DNA of 64,000 nt from Amnibacterium sp. (lineage in GTDB: Bacteria; Actinomycetota; Actinomycetes; Actinomycetales; Microbacteriaceae). The stretch spans positions 6,460-70,459 of the forward strand of contig NZ_JAODBE010000057.1 of the NCBI RefSeq assembly GCF_025463795.1, given 5' to 3'. Both the position numbers and the translations under genes were made by a program. The stretch's first letter is position 1; the number at the start of each line of letters is the position of its first letter. Shown in pieces: positions 1-9,596 of this stretch. The notes under the pieces are model-generated. The model did not search any database, had not been told where the DNA came from, and was given only the letters and a program-made list of their open reading frames with translations.

Positions 1-1107
1 CGCCGGGTCGAGCCGGAGGAAGGCGTGCTGGTCGTTGAGCTTCTCGACGCGGGCGCCGGCGAGCGCACCGGCGGCGTCGGGGCGGTCCCGCACGAGCTCG
101 GGCACCGGCAGTCCCTCGTCGAACGACGCGTCCCTGCGGCCCGCGTCGAGGATCGCGAGATCCGGCTCCGGCCGGGACAGCACCCGGCTCCACAGGGAGA
201 GCGCCGGGCGGAGCCGGAGGTTCCCGCCGGCACGGCCGAAGGGGGAGATCGACGCGTAGAAGCCGCTGTCGTGGAGCTGGTAGGCACCCGAGCGCAGGAT
301 CACCCGGAACGTTCCGGTCTCGGGGCCGAGCACCTCGGCGACGAGATCGAAGTAGGCGCTGCCGCCTGCGCTGATCACGGGGCGCTCGATGCGCGGGGCG
401 AGCTCGTGCGCGAGGTCGCGCATCCGCTCGAGGTGATCGCGCACCGCGGCGAGGCCCTCGGGGGAGCGGTCGTGGGCGAGCGCGCCCTCGTACCCGCCGA
501 CACCCGCGAGTCGGAGCACGCCGCTGCTCTCGATCGCCGCCGCGACCTCGAGGGCGACCTCGTGGGACCGGGTGCCCGCCCGCCCACCCGCACCACCGAG
601 CTCGACGAGCACGTCCACCGGTCGCCGCGCCCCCGCCGCCCGGACCGCGGCCGCCAGCGCGCGGACGCCGTCGACGCCGTCCGCCCAGCAGAGGAACTCG
701 AAGCGGGGATCGGCGTCCAGCTCGCCGCAGAGCCAGCGGATGCCGACCGGGTCGACGAGCTCGTTCGCGAGCAGGATGCGGGACACGCCCGCCGCGCGGC
801 CGACCTGCACCTGCCACGGCGTCGCCAGCGTGAGGCCCCACGCGCCCGCGTCGAGCAGCCGCTGCCACAGCGCCGGCGCCATGCTCGTCTTGCCGTGCGG
901 GGCGAGCAGCAGCCCGCGCTCGGCAGCCCAATCCGCCATCACCATGGTGTTCGCGGCCACCGCCCCGTCGTCGATCGCGAGCACCGGGGTGGCGAGGTCC
1001 GCGAGCCGCCGATCGCCGGCGAGGTACGCCTCCCGGCTCCGGCCCCATGCCGACGGCGGCATGGACTTGTGCTCGGGACCGAGGATCAGGGGCGCGAACA
1101 GCGGCAT
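1..1107 (-). CDS. PLP-dependent D-amino-acid (D-serine/D-threonine type) deaminase/aldolase-like protein with an alanine-racemase N-terminal fold. The C-terminus runs off the left window edge.
   Basis: Absent from the ORF track because no stop lies in the window. The reverse strand is open from ATG at 1107 (alternative ATG at 1125) down to base 1: MPLFAPLILGPEHKSMPPSAWG...LLLAPHGKTSMAPALWQRLLDAGAWGLTLATPWQ...RSGAYQLHDSGFY. It has an HGKT PLP-lysine context and strong G/C third-position bias. Confidence 0.7.
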   Translation of the reverse strand, partial: MPLFAPLILGPEHKSMPPSAWGRSREAYLAGDRRLADLATPVLAIDDGAVAANTMVMADWAAERGLLLAPHGKTSMAPALWQRLLDAGAWGLTLATPWQVQVGRAAGVSRILLANELVDPVGIRWLCGELDADPRFEFLCWADGVDGVRALAAAVRAAGARRPVDVLVELGGAGGRAGTRSHEVALEVAAAIESSGVLRLAGVGGYEGALAHDRSPEGLAAVRDHLERMRDLAHELAPRIERPVISAGGSAYFDLVAEVLGPETGTFRVILRSGAYQLHDSGFYASISPFGRAGGNLRLRPALSLWSRVLSRPEPDLAILDAGRRDASFDEGLPVPELVRDRPDAAGALAGARVEKLNDQHAFLRLDPA

Positions 1108-1164
1108 CCGACGATTCCATCGCATCCCGGCCTCGATAGCCTGGCGAGACCGAAGGAGGTGCCG

Positions 1165-1572
1165 ATGGAGGCGAAGCGAGCGGTGCTCACGACGAACGCT
1201 CCCGCGCCGGCGCACGCGTTCAGCCAGGGTGTGCGGAAGGGGCCGCTGCTGCAGGTGTCGGGGCAGGGTCCGGTCGATCCGGCGACCGGTGAGTACCGGC
1301 ACCCGCGCGACGTGCGCTCACAGACGCGGCTCGTGCTCGAGAACGTGACCGCGGTGCTCGAGGCTGGGGGCGCCTCCTTCGACGACCTCGTCATGCTGCG
1401 GGTGTACCTCACGGACCGGGCCTTCTTCGCCGAGATGAACGAGGTCTACACCGCGTTCGCGCTCGAGCACTCGCCGAGCGGCGTGCTGCCGGCCCGAACG
1501 ACGGTGTTCACGGGCCTGCCGGATCCCGCGATGCTGGTCGAGATCGACGGCTTGGCGGTCGTCGCGGGCTGA
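1165..1572 (+). CDS. RidA/YjgF/TdcF family reactive-intermediate (enamine/imine) deaminase
   Basis: This is the 3' part of track ORF 25..1572. An in-frame ATG at 1165 is preceded by GAAGGAGG. Sequence MEAKRAVLTTNAPAPAHAFSQGVRKGPLLQVSGQ...ARTTVFTGLPDPAMLVEIDGLAVV is typical of the family. Confidence 0.9.
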   Translation: MEAKRAVLTTNAPAPAHAFSQGVRKGPLLQVSGQGPVDPATGEYRHPRDVRSQTRLVLENVTAVLEAGGASFDDLVMLRVYLTDRAFFAEMNEVYTAFALEHSPSGVLPARTTVFTGLPDPAMLVEIDGLAVVAG

Positions 1573-1628
1573 CCCGCCGCCATACGGGCGGTTCCTGCGC
1601 TTCCGCCCGGGCCGGCCCCGAGCGCCTC

Positions 1629-1682
1629 GGGCGTTCGGGATGCGTGAGGACGCGCCGCGCGGGCGTTCGGATTCCGTGAGGA
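1629..1682 (+). promoter_or_regulatory. Tandem direct repeat (2 x 22 bp, 32-bp period) upstream of the kdp operon. Candidate KdpE (OmpR-family) operator.
   Basis: GGGCGTTCGGGATGCGTGAGGA (1629-1650) and GGGCGTTCGGATTCCGTGAGGA (1661-1682) are identical at 19 of 22 positions. Both are preceded by GCGCC. Confidence 0.4.
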
Positions 1683-1767
1683 GCCGGTCGGCGGATCCGG
1701 ATCGGCGCTGCACTGCTGGAGGCCCCCACCGCGAGACGCGCGGCAGGCAGGCCCGAAGGAGGCCGGC

Positions 1768-1851
1768 GTGCTGGACGTGCTCTGCGTCACGGGGGTGCTC
1801 GCCCTCGGTGCGATCGTCGCCCTGATCGGTCGGGCGGTGGAGCGGCTGTGA
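1768..1851 (+). CDS. 27-aa hydrophobic micro-ORF, the first cistron of the kdp operon (not in the ORF track)
   Basis: GAAGGAGG (1755-1762) lies 5 nt upstream of GTG at 1768. Translation is [27 protein letters not shown]. Its TGA (1849-1851) overlaps the kdpF GTG (1848) as GTGA. Third positions are G/C-rich. Confidence 0.35.
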   Translation: MLDVLCVTGVLALGAIVALIGRAVERL

Positions 1852-1937
1852 TCGTCTTCGACGTCGCCGCGGTGCTGCTCGCGGTCGCCGCGATCGTCTA
1901 CCTGGTCGTGGCGCTCGTGCGCCCGGAGCGCTTCTGA
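1848..1937 (+). CDS. kdpF: K+-transporting ATPase subunit F
   Basis: 29-aa peptide [29 protein letters not shown], a single TM helix with the C-terminal PE+F ending typical of KdpF. Its stop TGA overlaps the kdpA ATG (TGATG at 1935-1939). Confidence 0.75.
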   Translation: MIVFDVAAVLLAVAAIVYLVVALVRPERF

Positions 1938-3613
1938 TGGCGGCCTGGCTCCTCGTCGCCGAGGTGGCGACGCTGCTGGTGCTGCTCGGCGTCTGCTACC
2001 GACCGCTCGGCGATCACATGGCCCGCACCTTCACCTCGGACCGCGACCTCGCGGTCGAGCGATTCGTCTACCGTTTCCTCGGCGTGGATCCGCGCGCCGA
2101 GCAGAGCTGGCGGAACTACCTCCGCTCGGTGCTCGTCTTCTCCGTCGTCGGCGTGCTGCTGCTCTACGTCCTGCAGCGCACGCAGGCGCTGCTGCCCTAC
2201 TCGCTCGGCCTGCCGCCCGTGCCGGCGGGGCTCTCGTTCAACACGGCGATCTCGTTCGTGACGAACACGGACTGGCAGTCGTACTCGCCCGAGACGACGA
2301 TGGGCTACACGGTGCAGCTCGCCGCCCTCGCCGTGCAGAACTTCGCCTCCGCCGCCGTCGGGCTCGCCGTCGCGGTCGCCCTCGTGCGGGGTCTCGCCGC
2401 GCGCCGCGCATCCACGATCGGCAACTTCTGGGTCGACCTCGTGCGCGGCGTGCTCCGGATCCTGCTGCCGCTCTCGGTCGTCGCGGCGGTCGTTCTGCTC
2501 GCCGGCGGGGTGATCCAGAACTTCTCGGGTTTCCAGACGGTGCACACGCTGACCGGCGGCACGGCCGTGATCCCGGGCGGCCCCGTCGCCTCGCAGGAGG
2601 CGATCAAGGAGCTCGGGACGAACGGCGGCGGGTTCTTCAACGCCAACTCCGCGCATCCGTTCGAGAACCCGAGCGGATGGACGAATCTGTTCGAGGTCTT
2701 CCTGCTCCTGCTCATCCCGTTCAGCCTGCCGCGCACCTTCGGCACGATGGTCGGCGACCGGCGCCAGGGCGCCGCGGTGCTCGCGGCGATGGCGACCCTC
2801 TACCTCGCATCGCTCACCGCGATGGCGCTGCTCGAGACGGCGGGCGGCGGCGCGGCCACGCAGGCGGCCGGCGCGGCGACGGAGGGCAAGGAGACCCGCT
2901 TCGGCGTGCTGTCGAGCGTGCTCTTCGCCACCTCGACGACGCTCACGTCGACGGGGGCGGTCGACGCCTCGCACGACAGCCTCACGCCGCTCGGCGGCTT
3001 CGTGGCGCTCGTGAACATGATGCTCGGCGAGCTCGCCCCCGGCGGCGTCGGCTCCGGTCTGTACGGGCTGCTCGTGATCGCGGTCATCGCCGTGTTCCTC
3101 GCCGGCCTGATGATCGGCCGCACGCCGAGCTATCTCGGCAAGCAGGTCGGCGGCCGCGAGATCAAGCTCGCGAGCCTCTACATCCTCACGACGCCGGTGC
3201 TCGTGCTCACCGGGCTCGGCCTCTCCTTCGGGATCGCCGCCCTCACACGGTCGCTCACCGGCACCTCGATCCTCAACCCGGGGCAGCACGGCTTCTCCGA
3301 GGTGCTGTACGCCTTCGTCTCGGCGGGGAACAACAACGGATCCGCGTTCGGCGGGCTCACCGCGAACACCCCGTGGCTGAACGCGTCGCTCGGCGCCGTC
3401 ATGTTCCTCGGCCGCTTCGTGCCGATCGTCTTCGTGCTCGCCCTCGCCGGGGGGTTCGCGGCCCAGGCGCCCCGGCCGGCCACGGAGGGCACGCTGCCCA
3501 CCCATACGCCCCTGTTCGTCGTCGTCGTCGTCGGGGCCGTGGTGCTCGTCTCGGCCCTCACCTACTTCCCCGTCCTCGCTCTCGGTCCGCTCGCGGAAGG
3601 ACTGCACGCATGA
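1937..3613 (+). CDS. kdpA: K+-transporting ATPase subunit A (potassium-binding)
   Basis: 558-aa polytopic membrane protein ([14 protein letters not shown]...[19 protein letters not shown]...NGSAFGGL). Sits at the expected position in kdpFABC. Confidence 0.97.
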   Translation: MAAWLLVAEVATLLVLLGVCYRPLGDHMARTFTSDRDLAVERFVYRFLGVDPRAEQSWRNYLRSVLVFSVVGVLLLYVLQRTQALLPYSLGLPPVPAGLSFNTAISFVTNTDWQSYSPETTMGYTVQLAALAVQNFASAAVGLAVAVALVRGLAARRASTIGNFWVDLVRGVLRILLPLSVVAAVVLLAGGVIQNFSGFQTVHTLTGGTAVIPGGPVASQEAIKELGTNGGGFFNANSAHPFENPSGWTNLFEVFLLLLIPFSLPRTFGTMVGDRRQGAAVLAAMATLYLASLTAMALLETAGGGAATQAAGAATEGKETRFGVLSSVLFATSTTLTSTGAVDASHDSLTPLGGFVALVNMMLGELAPGGVGSGLYGLLVIAVIAVFLAGLMIGRTPSYLGKQVGGREIKLASLYILTTPVLVLTGLGLSFGIAALTRSLTGTSILNPGQHGFSEVLYAFVSAGNNNGSAFGGLTANTPWLNASLGAVMFLGRFVPIVFVLALAGGFAAQAPRPATEGTLPTHTPLFVVVVVGAVVLVSALTYFPVLALGPLAEGLHA

Positions 3614-5697
3614 CCACCACCCCGACGCTCGAGCGAGCGGCAGGCGGCGCCTTCACCGGCGGCCAGCTGCTCCGCGGCCTGCCGGACGCGTTCCGGAAGC
3701 TCGATCCGCGCTCCTTGCGGCACAACCCCGTCATGTTCCTCGTCGAGGTCGGGGCGGCGTTCACGACCGTGCTCGCCGTCTTCCTGCCGGTCGTCGGCGG
3801 ATCCGGCGCGCTGTTCACCTGGTCGATCGCCGTCTGGCTGTGGCTCACGACCCTGTTCGCCACGCTCGCCGAGTCCGTCGCCGAGGGTCGCGGCAAGGCG
3901 CAGGCCGCATCCCTCCGCCGCACGCGGACCACGACGATCGCCCACCGGGTCGACGCCTACGACGCCAGCAGCGACCCGGCTGCGCTCCGCGCCCCGACGT
4001 CCGACATCCCGTCGGCCGACCTCGCCCTGGGCGACCTGGTCGTCGTCGGGGCCGGCGAGCTCGTGCCCGGCGACGGCGACATCGTGGCGGGCATCGCCTC
4101 GGTGGACGAGTCCGCCATCACGGGCGAGTCCGCGCCGGTCGTCCGCGAATCGGGCGGCGACCGCAGCGCCGTCACGGGTGGCACGCGAGTGCTCTCCGAC
4201 CGGATCGTGGTCGCCGTCACGAGCCGCCCGGGTGAGACCTTCGTCGACCGGATGATCGCGCTCGTCGAGGGGGCCGTGCGGCAGAAGACGCCGAACGAGA
4301 TCGCCCTCGACGTGCTGCTCGCGAGCCTCACCATCGTCTTCGTCGTGGTGGTGCTCGTCCTCGGCCCCGTCGCGGGGTTCGCGAACGCGACCCCGTCGAT
4401 CGCGGTGCTGATCGCGCTGCTCGTCTGCCTCATCCCCACGACGATCGGCGCGCTGCTGTCCGCGATCGGGATCGCTGGGATGGACCGGCTCGTGCAGCGC
4501 AACGTGCTCGCGATGTCCGGCCGCGCGGTCGAGGCCGCCGGCGACGTCAGCACCCTGCTGCTCGACAAGACCGGCACGATCACCTACGGCAACCGCCGGG
4601 CCGTCGAGTTCGTGCCGCTGCCCGGCGTGATGGAGACCGAGCTGGTGGCGGCCGCGGCCGTGGCGTCGCTCGCCGACTCCACGCCGGAGGGCCGCTCGGT
4701 CGTCGATCTCGCCCGCGCGCTGCAGTGGAGCGGCGACGAGCCCGAGGGCGAGATCGTGCCGTTCACCGCGCAGACCCGGATGAGCGGCATCGACCTGCCG
4801 GACGGCTCCCGCATCCGCAAGGGCGCCGCGAGCGCCGTCGTCGCGTGGGTCGGCGACGTCCCCGAGGCCGCGAGGACCGCGCTCGCGACCGAGGTCGAGC
4901 TGATCTCCGCCACGGGCGGCACGCCGCTCGCGGTCGCCGTGGAGACCGACGGCGCGTTCCGCCTGCTCGGCACCGTCCACCTGAAGGACGTGGTGAAGAC
5001 CGGCCTGAAGGAGCGGTTCGCCGCGCTGCGCGCGATGGGCATCCGCACGGTGATGGTGACCGGCGACAACGCCACCACGGCCCGGGTCATCGCGGCGGAG
5101 GCCGGCGTCGACGACGTGCTCGCTGAGGCGACGCCCGAGGACAAGCTCGCGCTCATCCGACGCGAGCAGGAGGGCGGCCGCCTCGTCGCGATGACCGGGG
5201 ACGGCACGAACGACGCGCCCGCCCTCGCCCAGGCCGACGTCGGCGTGGCGATGAACACCGGCACCTCCGCGGCGAAGGAGGCGGGGAACATGGTCGACCT
5301 CGACTCCGACCCCACGAAGCTCATCGACGTGGTCACGATCGGGAAGCAGCTGCTCATCACCCGCGGCGCGCTCACCACGTTCTCCATCGCGAACGACGTC
5401 GCGAAGTACTTCGCGATCATCCCGGCGATGTTCGTCGGCGTCTTCCCCGGCCTCGAGGCCCTGAACGTGATGCGGCTGCACTCGCCGGACTCGGCGATCC
5501 TCTCCGCGGTGATCTTCAACGCCCTCGTCATCGTGGCTCTGATCCCGCTCGCGTTGCGCGGCGTGCGCTTCCGGGCGACCGGAGCCGCACGTCTGCTGCG
5601 CACCAACCTGCTCGTCTACGGCCTCGGCGGCGTGATCGCGCCGTTCGTCGGGATCAAGCTCATCGACCTCGTCGTCGGCCTGATCCCCGGCCTCTGA
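3610..5697 (+). CDS. kdpB: K+-transporting P-type ATPase subunit B
   Basis: The in-frame ATG at 3610 overlaps the kdpA stop (ATGA). Contains the P-type motifs DKTGTIT, TGDN and [16 protein letters not shown]. Confidence 0.97.
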   Translation: MTTTPTLERAAGGAFTGGQLLRGLPDAFRKLDPRSLRHNPVMFLVEVGAAFTTVLAVFLPVVGGSGALFTWSIAVWLWLTTLFATLAESVAEGRGKAQAASLRRTRTTTIAHRVDAYDASSDPAALRAPTSDIPSADLALGDLVVVGAGELVPGDGDIVAGIASVDESAITGESAPVVRESGGDRSAVTGGTRVLSDRIVVAVTSRPGETFVDRMIALVEGAVRQKTPNEIALDVLLASLTIVFVVVVLVLGPVAGFANATPSIAVLIALLVCLIPTTIGALLSAIGIAGMDRLVQRNVLAMSGRAVEAAGDVSTLLLDKTGTITYGNRRAVEFVPLPGVMETELVAAAAVASLADSTPEGRSVVDLARALQWSGDEPEGEIVPFTAQTRMSGIDLPDGSRIRKGAASAVVAWVGDVPEAARTALATEVELISATGGTPLAVAVETDGAFRLLGTVHLKDVVKTGLKERFAALRAMGIRTVMVTGDNATTARVIAAEAGVDDVLAEATPEDKLALIRREQEGGRLVAMTGDGTNDAPALAQADVGVAMNTGTSAAKEAGNMVDLDSDPTKLIDVVTIGKQLLITRGALTTFSIANDVAKYFAIIPAMFVGVFPGLEALNVMRLHSPDSAILSAVIFNALVIVALIPLALRGVRFRATGAARLLRTNLLVYGLGGVIAPFVGIKLIDLVVGLIPGL

Positions 5698-5720
5698 CCA
5701 CCGAACCCGGAAGGCTCCTC

Positions 5721-6344
5721 ATGACCGCCGTCCTCACCCGCGGCACCGGCCGCCAGGCGTGGGTCGCGATCCGCGCGCTGGCCGCGCTGACCGTCGCCAC
5801 CGTCCTCTACACCCTGCTCGTCACGGCCGTCGGGCAGCTCGTTCTGCCCGCTCAGGCGAACGGCTCCCTCGTCCGCGCGGACGGCCGGGTGATCGGCTCC
5901 GCGCTGATCGGGCAGTCCTTCACCACGCCGAAGGGCGCGGTGCTGCCGCAGTGGTTCCAGTCCCGGCCGTCCGCAGCGGGCGCCGGGTACGACGCGGCCG
6001 CGTCGAGCCCCAGCAACCTCGGACCGGACGATCCGGCGCTCGGAAAGGCGATCCGGGACCGCCGGTCGGCACTCGCCGCCGCCTTCGCCGTTCCCGCGGC
6101 CGCCATCCCGCCCGATGCGCTCACGGCGTCGGGGTCGGGTCTCGACCCGGCCGTCTCGCCCGCCTACGCGCGGCTGCAGGTCGCGTCCGTCGCCCGGGCC
6201 CGGCATCTGCCCCAGGCCGAGGTGGCGCGTCTCGTCGAGGGCTTCGTGCAGGGTCCCGACCTCGGGTACCTCGGTGCGCCGACGGTCGATGTGCTCGCGC
6301 TGAACGCCGCGCTGGCCAAAATGGACCCCGCGGGCAACGGATGA
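5721..6344 (+). CDS. kdpC: K+-transporting ATPase subunit C
   Basis: 207 aa with an N-terminal TM helix. Conserved LTASGSGLDPAVSPAYA block. Confidence 0.95.
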   Translation: MTAVLTRGTGRQAWVAIRALAALTVATVLYTLLVTAVGQLVLPAQANGSLVRADGRVIGSALIGQSFTTPKGAVLPQWFQSRPSAAGAGYDAAASSPSNLGPDDPALGKAIRDRRSALAAAFAVPAAAIPPDALTASGSGLDPAVSPAYARLQVASVARARHLPQAEVARLVEGFVQGPDLGYLGAPTVDVLALNAALAKMDPAGNG

Positions 6345-6366
6345 CGCCGGCCGTGGAGAGGTGCTG

Positions 6367-8853
6367 ATGGGACGCGGACGGCTGCGAGTGTTCCTCGGCG
6401 CCGCCCCGGGCGTCGGCAAGACCTACGCCATGCTCGAGGAGGGGCACCGGCTCGCGGAGCTCGGCCGCGACGTCGTGGTCGCGGTCGTCGCGACACACGA
6501 CCGGGCCGGAACCGCCGCGCTGCTCGCGGGCCTCGAGCGCATCCCCGAGAAGGCGGTCGACCACCGGGGTGTGAGGCTCGACGAGATGGACCTCGCCGCG
6601 GTGCTCGCCCGGCATCCCGACGTCGCCCTCGTCGACGAGCTCGCCCACACGAACGCGCCGGGCGGCGCGCACGCGAAGCGGTGGCAGGACGTGCAGACCC
6701 TGCTCGACGCCGGCATCTCGGTGCTCTCCACCGTCAACATCCAGCACATCGAGTCGCTGAACGACGTCGTCGAGCAGATCACCGGGGTCGCGCAGCGCGA
6801 GACGATCCCCGACGCGGTCCTGCGGGGTGCGGACCGGATCGAGCTCGTCGACCTCACGCCGGGGGCGCTGCGCGACCGGCTCGCCGACGGCCTCGTCTAC
6901 CCGGCCGCGCGCATCGACGCTGCCCTGTCCAACTACTTCCGCCTCGGCAACCTCACCGCGCTGCGCGAGCTCGCGCTGCTGTGGCTCGCCGGGGAGGTCG
7001 ACAGCGCCCTGAACCAGTACCGGGCCGACCACGGCATCGAGGCGCGCTGGGAGGCGCGCGAACGGGTCGTCGTCGCTCTGACGGGCGGGCCGGAGGGGGA
7101 GACCCTCCTGCGCCGAGGCGCCCGCATCGCGTCGAGGTCCGCGGGCGGTGAGCTGCTCGCCGTGCATGTGGCGAGCGAGGACGGGCTGCGCGAGGCGGAT
7201 CCGCAGGCCCTCGTCACGCAGCGGGCGTTGGTGGAGCAGTTCGGCGGCAGCTACCACCAGATCGTCGGGCCCGACATCCCGGAGGCCCTCGTCGCGTTCG
7301 CGCGGGGCGTGAACGCGACCCAGCTCGTGATCGGCGTCTCCCGGCGCAGCCGACTGCTCGCGCTGCTCACCGGCCCGGGCATCGGGTCGACGATCATCCG
7401 AGCCTCGGGCGACATCGACGTGCACATCGTCACCCACGACGCCGCCGGTCGGGAACGGCTGGCGCTGCCCGCGGGTCGCGGGGCCCTCACGCGGCGACGG
7501 CGGCTGAGCGGCTTCGCCCTCGCCGTCGTGGGCGGCCCGCTGCTCAGCCTGCTGCTCGTCGCGCTGCGGTCCGCCGACTCGCTCACCGCGGACGTGCTCG
7601 CCTACCAGCTGCTCGTCGTCGTGGTCGCCCTGGTCGGCGGCGCCTTGCCTGCGCTGTTCGCGGCGGTGCTGTCCGGCCTGACGCTCGACTTCCTGTTCGT
7701 CAGCCCGATCTACCAGGTGTCGATCGCGCGGCCGGTGCACCTCGTCGCGCTCGTGCTCTATGTGGTGAACGCGCTGCTGGTCAGCCTCGTGGTCGACCAG
7801 GCGGCGCGGCGGACACGGGCCGCGCGGCGATCCGCCACGGAGTCGGAGGTGCTCGCGAGCGTCGCCGGCGGCGTCATCCGCGGCCAGGACGCGCTCCACG
7901 CCCTCGTCGCGCGGACCCGGGAGGCGTTCCGCCTGCGGGGCGCGCGACTCAGTGCCGGCGGCCGCACGCTGGCCGAGGACGGCGAGACCGACGGCGACGC
8001 CGCGCGTGTTCCGGTGGGCGACGGGGCCGAGCTCGAGCTGTTCGGACCGGAGCTCCCGGCAGCGGACCGGCGGATCCTCGAGGTCGTCGTCAGCCAGATC
8101 GACGTCGCGCTCGAGCAGGCGGCGCTCGCCAGCCGCGCGAGCGAGCTGCAGCCCCTCGAGGAGACCGACCGGGTGCGCAGCGCGCTGCTCGCCGCAGTCG
8201 GCCACGACCTGCGCCGCCCGCTCGCCGTCGCGACCGCCGCGGTGACGGGTCTCCGTTCGCCGGTGACCCGGCTGAGTGACGACGACCGGGCCGCGCTGCT
8301 GGCGAGCGCGGAGCGCGCCCTCGGCGACCTCGACGAGCTGATCACGAACCTGCTCGACGTGAGCCGGCTCCAGGCCGGGGCGCTCGCGGTCTCGCTCGCG
8401 GCCGTCGACGTCGAGGACCTGCTGCCGCCCGTGCTCGAGGAGCTGCGCTGCCCGCCCGGCGCCGTCGACCTCGGGATCCCGCCCGACCTGCCTGCGGTGC
8501 GCGCCGATGCCGTCCTGCTCCAGCGGGCGATCGTGAACGTCGTGGCGAACGCCCTCCGCTTCTCGCCCGTCGGCGCTCCGCCCCGGATCAGCGCATCCGC
8601 GTTCGCCGACCGCGTCGAGATCCGCATCGCCGACCGCGGGCCGGGCGTTCCGGCCGACCGCAGGACGAGCCTCTTCCAGGCCTTCCAGCGGCAGGGTGAC
8701 ACGGACAACACGACCGGCGTCGGCCTCGGCCTCGCGCTCTCGCAGGGGTTCGTGCAGGGGATGGGCGGATCGCTCGAGGCCGAGGACACCCCTGGCGGCG
8801 GGCTCACGATGGTGATCACGTTGGCGACCGAGCCCCGGGCGGTCGCCGCGTGA
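6367..8853 (+). CDS. kdpD: Sensor histidine kinase KdpD
   Basis: KdpD N-terminal P-loop GAAPGVGKTYAML, a Usp-like region, 4 TM helices, H-box AVGHDLRRPL and G-boxes DRGPGVP / GVGLGLALS. ATG 6367 is preferred over GTG 6361 because of GGAGAG spacing. Confidence 0.95.
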   Translation: MGRGRLRVFLGAAPGVGKTYAMLEEGHRLAELGRDVVVAVVATHDRAGTAALLAGLERIPEKAVDHRGVRLDEMDLAAVLARHPDVALVDELAHTNAPGGAHAKRWQDVQTLLDAGISVLSTVNIQHIESLNDVVEQITGVAQRETIPDAVLRGADRIELVDLTPGALRDRLADGLVYPAARIDAALSNYFRLGNLTALRELALLWLAGEVDSALNQYRADHGIEARWEARERVVVALTGGPEGETLLRRGARIASRSAGGELLAVHVASEDGLREADPQALVTQRALVEQFGGSYHQIVGPDIPEALVAFARGVNATQLVIGVSRRSRLLALLTGPGIGSTIIRASGDIDVHIVTHDAAGRERLALPAGRGALTRRRRLSGFALAVVGGPLLSLLLVALRSADSLTADVLAYQLLVVVVALVGGALPALFAAVLSGLTLDFLFVSPIYQVSIARPVHLVALVLYVVNALLVSLVVDQAARRTRAARRSATESEVLASVAGGVIRGQDALHALVARTREAFRLRGARLSAGGRTLAEDGETDGDAARVPVGDGAELELFGPELPAADRRILEVVVSQIDVALEQAALASRASELQPLEETDRVRSALLAAVGHDLRRPLAVATAAVTGLRSPVTRLSDDDRAALLASAERALGDLDELITNLLDVSRLQAGALAVSLAAVDVEDLLPPVLEELRCPPGAVDLGIPPDLPAVRADAVLLQRAIVNVVANALRFSPVGAPPRISASAFADRVEIRIADRGPGVPADRRTSLFQAFQRQGDTDNTTGVGLGLALSQGFVQGMGGSLEAEDTPGGGLTMVITLATEPRAVAA

Positions 8854-9548
8854 AGATCCTCGTCGCGGACGACGACCCGCAGATCGTCGCGGCCCTGCGC
8901 ATCCTCCTCCGGGCGCAGGGCTACGAGGTGGTCGTCGCACGCGACGGCCGCACGGCCCTCGACGCCGCGGCCCACGAGCATCCCGACCTCGTGCTGCTCG
9001 ACCTCGGCATGCCCGGGCTGAACGGTGTGCAGGTGATCCGCGCGATCCGCGGCTGGAGTGCGGTGCCGATCCTCGTCGTCTCCGGGCGCACCGACTCGTA
9101 CGACAAGGTCGCCGCGCTCGACACCGGCGCCGACGACTACGTCACGAAGCCGTTCCTGGCGGACGAGCTGACCGCTCGGATCCGAGCCCTGACCAGGCGG
9201 AACGTGCCCGGCACCGAGGAGCCGGTGGTGCGATTCGGCGGGGTCGAGGTCGACCTGGCACGACATCGCGTGACGCGGCTGGTCGAGGGCGCCGAGACCA
9301 CGGTGCGGCTCACGCCGACGGAGTGGGCGTTCCTCGAGGTGCTCGTGCGGAACCCGGATCGGCTCGTGACGCGCCAGTACCTGCTCGACCACGTGTGGGG
9401 TCCTGGCCACGCGAACGACAGCGGCTACCTGCGGCTCTACATGGCCCAGCTGCGCAAGAAGCTCGAGCTGACGCCGGGCGACCCCCGGCACCTGCTCACG
9501 GATCCGGGCCTCGGCTACCGGTTCGTGCCGGGAGAGGCGCGGGCCTAG
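8850..9548 (+). CDS. kdpE: OmpR-family response regulator KdpE
   Basis: The GTG start overlaps the kdpD stop (GTGA). Receiver domain (LVADDDPQI...LLDLGMPGLNG) plus winged-helix domain (LTPTEWAFLEVLV...GYRF). Confidence 0.93.
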   Translation: MKILVADDDPQIVAALRILLRAQGYEVVVARDGRTALDAAAHEHPDLVLLDLGMPGLNGVQVIRAIRGWSAVPILVVSGRTDSYDKVAALDTGADDYVTKPFLADELTARIRALTRRNVPGTEEPVVRFGGVEVDLARHRVTRLVEGAETTVRLTPTEWAFLEVLVRNPDRLVTRQYLLDHVWGPGHANDSGYLRLYMAQLRKKLELTPGDPRHLLTDPGLGYRFVPGEARA

Positions 9549-9596
9549 GAGTCGACGAGCGGTTCCGGCTCGGCTCTTCGTGACGGGATGCGTCCC

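Noticed and set aside
1573-1767. Riboswitch (for example c-di-AMP type) in the kdp leader
   Set aside because: I could not recognise the conserved cores of any riboswitch class by eye. The region is better described by the tandem direct repeat. A covariance-model scan (Rfam) would be decisive.
1898-3607. 569-aa antisense ORF opposite kdpA. Similar long ORFs lie opposite real genes at 3562..5481, 6121..8940, 21427..23742, 31109..33100, 33243..35018, 39532..41430 and 45123..47528.
   Set aside because: The translations are low-complexity R/G/D/E/P-rich strings with no motifs. They mirror the G/C third-position bias of the well-supported genes on the other strand. This is a typical high-GC artefact.
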